A DNA stretch of 58,525 bases, the filler included, from Sphacelaria rigidula (lineage: Eukaryota): assembly GCA_964200075.2 (NCBI GenBank). It is 6 parts of 6 records of this genome, joined end to end, with 100 filler letters (N's around TTAATTAATTAA, not from the genome) between each part and the next. Parts side by side here need not be neighbours in the genome. Positions count along the whole stretch, not along the records: positions 48,856 to 58,525 come from CAXNAA020007996.1; 5 more parts are not named here. One strand, 5' to 3'. The notes below the pieces were generated by a model. The model was given only the letters and a program-made list of their open reading frames with translations. It was not told the origin of the DNA and searched no databases. The first letter of the stretch is position 1. Each line of letters begins with the position of its first letter. The translations under genes and the position numbers were made by a program. This document shows, piece by piece, positions 49,385 to 58,525 of the stretch.

Positions 49385-51806
49385 CGTACCAGCATGGCGC
49401 TAATGTTGCGAGTGTGGTATCTGCAGCATGCTGTTCCCAAACTACCGCGCACCCCGACGCAACCTGTTGATGAAGGTATAGGATATGTGCGTGGTGGTTG
49501 GGTCTTCACTTGCTGTAACGAATCGGACTCTGCCGGCGTTCGCACTCCAAGAGTGACGAAATCGAGAAAACGACACGGCGATGAAATTATTCTACTGTGC
49601 CCTCGTCAACAAACAGATGTGGCACACAGCACATGCCTGCTCGGAAACGCCTGCATCCAGCTCGGCCTCGGGATACGAAAAGCGAAACCTTCGGCCGAAG
49701 GGGTCCTGCATGTCCTTCCGACGACCTCTGTGACGATTGGCGCGAGTTCAACACAGTACTGAGCGGTACCGCTTGCGCAGCGTGAAAACTGGCGCGTGAT
49801 GTAGAGCGCGAGTGCGCCGGGTGTAAGGGTGAGGCGGACTGGGGACGCCGGAAAAACAGGTAGCGACTAGGGTCACGATGGCGAGTGTTGGGCAACACAT
49901 TCCCGTAAACATGTGACACGAAGTGTAGGACTACGCGACGGTCTTGAGACGGAGCGCCAGGAAGACTTCGGTACCCTCAACAGCCGAAAACCCTATTGCG
50001 GGCATTGAATTCAGCGCTTCATCTACGCGACAAGGGATTGTACGCATGCAGATTACGCCAAAGCCTCTAGGAAACAACGGTTGTCGCCAGGCAGGTACTG
50101 TGGAGAAGAATACACGTTGTGGAACTCACGCACCATCGTTCACTCATTTCTACTTTCTGTCAGCGGCTGCTGCATCATCCATCCGCCGTAACTCGCGGAT
50201 TTTACACCGATCAAGTCCTCCCTTGCGCCTCTATTTTTGCTTCAGTCGCTGCTGCTGCTTCTTTTTTATATCCATCTTCAGGCATCATGCCCTTTGTTCA
50301 TGCCCCGCAAGTATCTGCCGAGGACGTTTTTTCCCCTCACCCTTGTACATGACCTCTTCGTCCCGCACCGGCACATCTCGTCTCCGACGCCGTGCAGGTG
50401 CGCAGCGAACAGCGCAGGGACAGGGGTGCGAAAAAAAAACGACCTTGGCGGGTTCTCGCAGGATCTCAAGAACGGGCATCATACGTTGAGAACGAGTATA
50501 AGCAGAAGCCAGCAGTCGCTCAAGGCACGAATCGTGCCTCATTTTATAATGAGCCTTTCTCGACGTGTCATACCCGTTCTTCACATCCCACGAGAACCTG
50601 CCGAAGTCGATCTTTCTTCGCACTTTCGTACCCGAGCTGTTCGTCCCGTACCTGCACATCTCGGCGCCGGCGCCGGCGCCGGAGCCGAGGAGTGCAGGTA
50701 CGGGACGAACAGCTCGGGGACGAAAGTGCAAAGAAAGAATGACTTCGGCTGGTTCTCGTGGGATCCCAACCACGTGTACGACACCGGGAGCAAGATGCAT
50801 AAAAAACGAGGCAGCGCCCACTGAGTCAAGGAATCAGAGACACAACGGAGGAGTTCATGGGCGAATTACCGCACGTCAGTTACAGAATGGATTTGTTTTT
50901 TTCCCGTTGCGTAACATCAGCCGGTGCAAATTGATACAAAGAGAAGTATGTTTGTTCAAACGCCCGTTCTTTTTCACCTCTTCGAGGATTCTATGTTGAC
51001 GCATAGCCCCCGAGTATCTTCACAAAATATCTTACAGCGTAAGTGAGGTTCACGTTGCAATTTGTAAGTGACACGGAAACGCCTATCGCCAACAGGCAAG
51101 TCCCCCCGTGTGTTTCCCAGAGGCTTTGGCGTAATCTGCACGCGTACAACCCTTCACAGCTCAATTCGAACACTGGATTCGATGCCCACAGTAAGCTTTC
51201 CCGTTATTGAGGGCTCCCAAGCCCCCCTGACGCTTCGTCACAAGATCGCCGAGTAGTCCTACACTTCGTCGTGTCACATGGACATGACGATGTGTCGCCC
51301 GACACTCGCCACCGTGTCCCCAGTCGCTACCCATTTTTCCGTCGCCCCCGGTCCGCCTCGTGATTTTCCCTCGCCCACCCGTGCCCTGCATCACACGCCA
51401 CTTTGCGCGCTGCGCAGCGGTACCGGCCAGTACTACCTTGATCTCGCGCCAATCATCATAGAGGTCGCTGGGAAGGACATGCAGGTCCCTTTCGGGCGAA
51501 AGTTTCTCTGTAAGTACCCCGGGGCCGAGCTGGATGCAGGCGTTACCGAGCACGCGTGTGCTGTGCGCTACATCTGTTCGTTCATGAGGGAAAAGTAAAA
51601 TAATTGCATCGCCGTGTCGTTTTTTTCCATTTCACCACTGTTGGGTTGCAAATGCCGACGAAACCTGGTTGGTCACAGGAAGCGTAGATCCAGTCATTAT
51701 CCATATATCCTACATGCTGATTGGCAGGCTGCGTCGGGGTGCGCGATGGTTTCAAAGCAGCATGCTGACGGTACAACATTCGCAACAAGTGCGCGATGTC
51801 GACACG
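49385..51806. repeat. Long diverged inverted repeat (arms ~49385-50020 and ~51168-51806) enclosing tandem hairpins
   Basis: Collinear matches such as CGCGCACCCCGACGCA, AACGCCTGCATCCAGCTCGGCC and ACGAAGTGTAGGACTAC appear on opposite strands. Confidence 0.85.
50585..50764. repeat. Near-perfect GC-rich hairpin (~80-bp arms, extendable to ~50533-50815); decayed sibling at ~50315-50465
   Basis: CCGAGCTGTTCGTCCCGTACCTGCAC pairs perfectly with GTGCAGGTACGGGACGAACAGCTCGG; the loop is (GGCGCC)n. Confidence 0.9.
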
Positions 51807-52379
51807 AGTGGGAAGCGTCGATCGCAACACCCTCGGCAGATGCGGATCGTGCCTCTGTCGAGCCACATTGCAATGCCAAGTTCCATAGTAGTGTAGATAC
51901 AGCGGATACCGAGGCAGAGGGAGTGCAACTGAAAGCGAACCAAGGTCGGGAAATCGTCACACCCACCTCCTACACCGTTTTAACTAGACCTGGAATATTT
52001 TGAGATGAAAAGTGAACCAATTCCATGTCCCCCAGTATGCACATGCGATAAACATCCACGCACCACTCCCCAATAGCTGTGCATCTATTTCGAGCAAACG
52101 TGATCGCAGTGCAACGACAACACGGCGAGAAGCGCAGTGGCATCACTGGCATTGTCGAACGCATATTGCGGGCTTTGGCAACACTGTGGCACCTTGTCTC
52201 CTCTGCAAAAGAGAGCCCCGCTCTCCGTCGGCTGATACATTCTTGCTCGGGCGTGAGGTCACGCCAGGTGTTCACGCAACGTCAGGCAGAGCTTCCGTCG
52301 TCTCGGCGAAAGAACTCGTCGATTTCCACTTTTTGCCTCATTCCTGTGTGCTGTGGGACCCCGTCCGCCTTCACGCTGC

Positions 52380-53570
52380 CAAGCCATCGCCGACAACACT
52401 GCGTGCACACCAGGTCGTCCACCATGTGCGAGCGATTTTTCCCGTGCTACTATTTCACCTACTACACTCTAGCCGCGTCCTACGCTTGGAGTTCTTCGTG
52501 TTGTGTCTTCTCACTCCTCGAACTCGGGAGAGTGTCCGGGTACGATACAAATCGCCGCCCTTGCCGTCACTGGCACCGTCACCCCGGCGGGGGAACAAGG
52601 TCGTTCTCCTCAGAGAAAACCTCCATCATCGCCCGCTACTCGCTCTTCATTTTGTTCTTGTTTTGTTCAAATCACTGCACATTCTATTCGACTCCTTCAC
52701 CTCGTTACGGGGGCGTCTTGCATGGTATATTCCGGAAATGTCTCGGGCGGTGCGTATAGTGTCCCACCCCCACCCTCACCACTACCAACTTCCGCATTCC
52801 CAGCCTGAGATAGCGGAGTCTTGTCTTTCGTGTGTGGAGTACTTTCAGCTGTAGGCCACGTGTATGTTGCGTTGAAACTATGTCTTTCTCTCGGGCATTG
52901 TCACCGCGTCCGTCGATGGTGTCATGGTCGAAAGACAGCTGTGTCCTGACTGGGCTCGCTTGGTGTGCTCGGTCTTGGGTATCATGGGTTCTGCAGCGCG
53001 TATTCGACGATTACACCAGTGAATTGTGGAGTTGTCTTCCGTGCGGTCAGTCTCAGGCTACCCACTGCAGTGTACTACAGGAACGTCCTGCGCACATGTC
53101 TGCGCCTCCCGGTGCTCTTTAAGAGTGACTCATCCGAATCGTCGCTCCGCTACGGGTGTCGTGGTGATTTTTGCTATAGCGTCGGCCGAAACGTTAGAAC
53201 ACATCATCTGTGCATCCGTTTGTATACCTTCACTTCGGGTGAGAAAAAGGTACCAGCTGACACATGTACATTATGGAAGTGGGCTGCCTCTGGTATTTGG
53301 CTTATATCAACGGATTAGCATCTGCAGGACTGTTAGCAAACCTGATGAAACTCAAGCGACTCTGATGAGTCATGTGTGAGTGCGTTTCGTTTGCACTCAT
53401 GTCAACAATATTTGCTGCCAACTTCAACCGTCGTGGCCCATATCCCATATGTGCACGATACGAAGAATGACCATGTCGATGAAGAAGTTACATGGTTTTC
53501 GTGTAGCGTACGCAAGGCCCACTTTCCTCGTCGAAATATTGGCCACGACAAAGAAATGTTGACAGTGCAC
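52380..53570 (+). pseudogene. Very decayed Ty1/copia protease-integrase remnant
   Basis: Ordered degenerate motifs across frames: VVLLRENLHHRPLL (protease end), VFDDYTSELW (integrase VDDxxRxxW), LRYGCRGDF (RSDxGGEF-like). Confidence 0.4.
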
Positions 53571-53934
53571 ATGTGCCTCTCATAGCTCGCTCTCACCATG
53601 CGCTTCTGGTATCCCATGTCAGAGTCTGCCGATGAAGAGACTGCCATGGTGACGACCCTACCAGTGTCAGCGACGTACTGGAGCCCAGGAATGAGAATGA
53701 ACGAGATGAGCGTGCCCGGGTGCGTCCTGAACCAACAGTTTATGCCCGCCATATCCCGCAATGGCACGGTGAGCTACAGGAGAGCTAGGCAAGGCGACTG
53801 GTGCATACGCGTGAGGCCTCCCTGCATGTGGTCGGGAGGTGCTCAGCCCATGAAGATAGTAGCCTTTACCTCCTCCGGGTGCCTTGGCTTTCCCACTCTC
53901 GCATGTGCCCCATATGGCGGTGACTGCGATGTTC

Positions 53935-54301
53935 GTCCACTCCCAGCGGCACCTAGTGAGTGACCACATCTGACCCAGAGCCAGCCCCCGCACCACTGTC
54001 CACACCTCTCTCTCCCTCGGCATCTTGAGCCTCTCCTCTTCGAGGAAGAGCTGAAGCTGCCGAGCGAGAGAGAGGTGTGGACAAGGCCGAGGGGGAGCTC
54101 AAGCTGCCGAGGGAGGGAGGTGTGGACAAAGTGCTGGCCCATCCCGACTGCCATGAGCTCCATGTGAGGGCATGCGAGACAGTCCCCTTCGCAGTGGTAC
54201 CCGCAGGCCAGTACACAAAGCTGGGGGCAGGCTCTCGTCCGGGTGCAGGGGCTGGCTCCGGATCAGATGTGGTCACTCACTGGGTGCCGTTGAGGGTGGA
54301 C
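53935..54301. repeat. Nested inverted repeat (60-bp outer arms; inner ~30-bp units)
   Basis: CGGCACC.AGTGAGTGACCACATCTGA.CC.GAGCCAGCCCC.GCACC at 53947 and inverted at 54241-54290; inner TGTCCACACCTCTCTCTC pairs with 54054-54083 and 54102-54130. Confidence 0.85.
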
Positions 54302-55121
54302 TATATTATAGGCTCTGCCGACCTGATCTGTATCGAAGACTGTTACGTCGACACTGCGCCTAGGCCAAAAGAACAGCAGGCAAGGTACATGACGAGAGTA
54401 TGTCACTGCAGGGATACCCCAATCGATCACCGACGTTCTTTTGGAGCAGTTCGCTTCCGTGTTGAGTTACCCTGCGAAGTACAAAAGGTCCGAGGTGCAC
54501 GAAGGCTCCATGTGGATGAGGATGACGATGGGAGCGCGCATAGATTTCAAGCTACTGAAGCAGGCAAATGAGGGAGCCGAAGGAGGAGGAGGAGATGGTC
54601 AGGCGATCGATGATAGCTTCAGTCTCGCTTTGGAGCCGATAGGGACAGATGTGCGTGAGGGGGTAGGACGGTCCTTTATATTTATACTGTATAAACATAT
54701 TTATACGTGTTCTTTCCTCAGTATCAAAAGCAATCTCGGGGTCTTACTGTGTTTACTACCGTATGTAGGGTACTAGGCGCCGCGCTGTAAACCCATCATC
54801 GAATTCAGCGTATCTCACGGTACCCCGTCTACCATTGTAGAACCCGGTCTGTGAAGGTGACTATATTGTATGTTCGGAGGGATTTCTTTCATGACATGTA
54901 AACCGAACGACGCCGTTATAGAAGCAGATTCAACCACGGACTGTCAACAGGACCGATCCAATCGTAGACTGTCCGCGGGGCCGATCCAACAGCAGATTGT
55001 CCGAGAGGCCTGAAACTCTCGTACCTGTGCAGTCGACTCTGAGACCCTAGGCAACAGGATCTCGACGATCAGAGTTCACCCTGAAAAACCACCGTCGAGC
55101 CCCCCTGGGAATCACTCTTTA

Positions 55122-56540
55122 AAACTCTGCCCATAGTCTGGTGCTTCGTGATTCAACAGCTCAACACTCGACTACAGTCAATCATTGCCCACATGACGAA
55201 TAAGAAAATCACCGCCTAGCCTTTCACGGATAAACCCCGTTCACGCTGGCTCACACTAGATTGCAGAAGTGCACATTGGCGATTCCGGTTACTACAAATT
55301 CGGGTGTGTGAGGCATCCTTGGATTTCAGAGCAGAGCGAGAGCGAGAGCGGCGACACCATCGTGGCCAAGCACAACAACACACAGCAACATCGGATCGAA
55401 CCCCACCTCCTCCTCCCCCCCTGCCCAGCTGACGCCCACTCGAGAGTCAACGGCTACTGCGGAGATTACCCTCTGGCCCCAGCAAGATAAGGGAAAGGAG
55501 TAACAACAAGCCCATCCGCCCGCCCCGAAAACCTCCAAGCAGCACAAGCAAAAATCTCAGCAGGGACGAGCCAAGGGACAAGACGACCCTGGGCGTGGGG
55601 ACACGACAGGAGGCAACGCGGCCGTCGCTTCCTGCTGTGCCCCAACGCCCGGGGCTGTCTTGCCCCTTGGTTTGTCCTTCCTTAGATTTTTGCTCGTGCT
55701 GCTTGGAGGTTCTCGAGGCGGGCGTCTGTCTTGCCCCTTGGCTTGTCTCTCCTTGGACTTTTGCTCATGCTCCTTGAAGGTTTTCGAGGCGGGCGGGTCG
55801 GCTTGTTCCCTTCCTTTTCCCCTACCTTGCTCGGGTATTAGAGAGCTTTTCGCCGTCATTTCAACATACGCGAAAGAAACAATTATTTCAATGTCCGTCG
55901 ACAAAGACAAGCTGCGAAGTGAACAGGCGAACGAATACGGCTCCTGCATTGAGTATCTGACTGATGACGAAGCACAAATACCGGGAAAAGAGACCCTGGC
56001 TTCTATGTCCTACTATTCTGTCGAAGTCGGTATTTTGTTCAAGTCATACTTGTCAGGGCATCTCCGAAAAAGAGGCACCTATCGCGATACGAAATAGACG
56101 TCAGAACATATCGCTCACCTTAAACAGGACTACTCACGATGAAAAGCACCGGCACCCGATTTTGATCGACTCGCTAAATATTCTCTAGGAAAAAAATCAC
56201 CCTTGCCGCAAGTTGACCGTCCATGTGTGTAACGAAACCGAAAATCGAGCGTTACATCGTTGACGAAGTGGTAAACTGACGAGGCCCGGGCAGAAAGAGC
56301 CATCACAAGCACTAAAACCATCTCCGCCTCAAAGGCTACGGCCCATCCGCAGGCGTAGATTACCGAGCAGAGGGGGTACCACAGTGTCAACACCTTACAC
56401 GCGGGCAGAATTGAACTCTGCCCATAATCTGGTGCTTCGTGGCACTCGACTACGGCCGAATCATCCCCCACATAACAAGGAAGAAAATCATCGTCTAGCC
56501 TTTCACGGATATATTCCGTTCACGCTAGCTCACACTAGTT
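55122..56540 (+). repeat. Two direct ~135-bp repeats (55122-55260, 56413-56539) ending CTCACACTAG
   Basis: AACTCTGCCCATA.TCTGGTGCTTCGTG...CTAGCCTTTCACGGATA...CCGTTCACGCT.GCTCACACTAG in both copies. Confidence 0.85.
55481..55832. repeat. Inverted repeat whose right arm carries a ~71-bp tandem duplication
   Basis: CCTCCAAGCAGCAC.AGCAAAAATCT (55532-55558) pairs with AGATTTTTGCTCGTGCTGCTTGGAGG (55684-55709) and its duplicate near 55757. Confidence 0.8.
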
Positions 56541-58437
56541 CACAATACCATAGATTGAAGAAAACGACTGGGCGTGCTCAGCACTTAGAGGCAAGTGCGG
56601 CCACTTCGTGGGGTTGGTGCCAAGTCCACACTAGGTACCTGACGAGAAGGCAGCTGCCCAAGGAGCTGGGCGATCCAAGCTCTCAACCCCTCGCTTCCGG
56701 AAGCAATCTTCGGGAGCGGAAAACACGAGTTCCCCACGCACACTAGTCAACGGCGAAATCGCGTCTCGCTTTCGTCTCGATTCAAAATTTGGTTGAACCT
56801 CTTGGTACTAGCGATGGAAAAGTGTGGATTCCGAGGTGCTATTTTTTTCACGACACGGCTGAGCTTTTACAGCTTTCTCGCAAAACTATCATCCCGAGCC
56901 GTGTTTTCCAGATCCGTACAAAAATATGCCCCAGTGCAGCACGGCACTCAGTACACAGAAAATAGAGAGAGGTGGTGCCGATTTTTGTTTATTTAGAGTT
57001 CAGGTACGCCAAAGGTGCTGATTTTCGCTGTGTGCACAAAGTTGAACACACATAACCCGTTACGTCCCCTCATTGCACAAAACTTTAGTAATACGACCGC
57101 ACCGGGGTGATATTTTTGGTGCGCGCCTGACGCACATTCTGGCGGATTCTTCGGTGACCTTCCGACGTAAAAGTGGTTGCCGTCGGTGTTCTCTGTTCCC
57201 ATATTTTCTTCATCAGGGTTTGAAATAATAAGGCGTCAATGGAGTTGAATCGAGTCAACACGTTCTCGTTAAAGGCAGTTCTGGGTCCACAGGAGATTGA
57301 GCGAAGAAACAAATGGCTCTTCGTATGAACAGGGAAATCTACGATGCTGCGATCCGCGATGCAGAAGCGACGCATTTCTGCAATGTGCTTTGACAGGTAC
57401 ACGCGGCGGAATTTATTAGAGTATTTGTCGTGTTGGGGAAATACGTGAATGTGCTTCCCACACCGAGCGTGAGGCCATGCCCCCTCGCGGACAATCCTCT
57501 CATCAAGCTGACAGACTGCCCTACCACTTTTCTACCCACGTTTGATCGGCTACTTGTATCAGCCATGTTCCCTGATCGATTATCCTAGGCGTGCCCATCG
57601 CACTGATTCTGGGGGTCACAAAATACGCAACACTCTATTGTAGAGTTTAGCCGGTGGTTAGTGGTCCAATAGAAATGGCAAACAGAAACGACGCCGCCAA
57701 ATCCTCGGCTGGAAGGCGCCGACAACACACCATCTTCGACCGAATTCGTGGAGAGAAGCGTAACAAAGATCAGAGAAGCTGTGAGATGCACAGCTGGGCA
57801 GCTCGCTAAGTTTCAAGTAGCCTTGTCACAACTATAATAGTGTAGCTCACACCGGCTGCGGCGCCAGGGCATCAAGGGAGCAGTGGAGGGGAGGCACGTG
57901 ACTTCAGCTTCGGCCACATGCTATGTGAAGCAGAGTCGACAAACCAATGCCGCTGAATCTGGGGTTGCGCGTTACGGCAGCGCCCAAGGGTAGGCTTCTA
58001 TTCCGTAAGCGCGTTGTTTTTCTCAAAGTTAAGCTTCTACTTCATTTTTCATAAGCGTTACAATTTTTTCAATCCCCACTTGAAGGATTTTTTTGCGCAA
58101 ATTAGGCGCGCTTTATGCGCCTTATTCCCGTCCTTGTTGTGGCGTCGTGGTAGCCATTAGCGAGGCGCGTCTTCTACCATGGGGACAAGACAAGTTGGGC
58201 ATTCGAAGTTTTGATGTTTATTTTCAATTAAAAAATGAACCTTTTCTTCAGTCATTGAGTTTGAAGGCCACAACCCGTACAACTACACCATAACCCACGT
58301 GCGGAAACGATAAATGCAACTACACTCATGATACATGATACAGCAGTAGGGCATTGTATCCTCTGGACACAAAGCATTGCAGCCTTCGGCCTCTCGTCCG
58401 GCAAGCTAGAAGCAACCTCCCCCCCCCCCCTCCCCCA

Positions 58438-58495
58438 TAGCCTGGTCCGGCGAGAACCCGGCGTGCTCCGTCCCGGCTTTGGAGGGGGGGGCCCC
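58438..58495 (+). repeat. Dispersed repeat copy shared with 37801-37850
   Basis: TAGCCTGGTCCGGCGAGAACCCGGCGTGCTCCG.CCCGGCTTTG in both. Confidence 0.85.
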
Positions 58496-58525
58496 CGATG
58501 GGGTGGGCGTCGGTTGGCGATGGCG

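Noticed and set aside
48856-58525. Missing 5' kinase exons
   Set aside because: No HRDLKP, DFG or RWYRAPE motif was found by eye, and this is a separate contig.

Overview
Eukaryotic, repeat-rich DNA, most likely from a brown alga (inferred from an EsV-1-7 repeat gene, GT-AG intron structure and the retroelement types). The window is not one locus. It is six unplaced contigs of almost identical, descending length (9672, 9671, 9671, 9671, 9670, 9670 bp) joined by artificial 100-nt N/TTAATTAATTAA/N linkers. Contig 1: decayed Ty1/copia RT-RNaseH, a 63-bp tandem repeat, and a decayed Ty3/gypsy pol whose integrase ends in a chromodomain plus a second PWWP/Tudor-like module; a hAT-like MITE interrupts the pol. 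Contig 2: a 7-exon gene (PH domain, long low-complexity region, EF-hand-like end) and a tRNA-derived SINE. Contig 3: only non-autonomous elements and foldbacks. Contig 4: an intronless EsV-1-7 Cys/His repeat array gene and a possible mariner remnant. Contig 5: the 3' part of a MAP kinase gene whose 7.5-kb last exon encodes ten ~140-aa repeats and an IQ motif. Contig 6: nested inverted repeats and heavily decayed transposon remnants. No CRISPR array, rRNA or true tRNA gene was found. All calls are by eye; no database searches were run.
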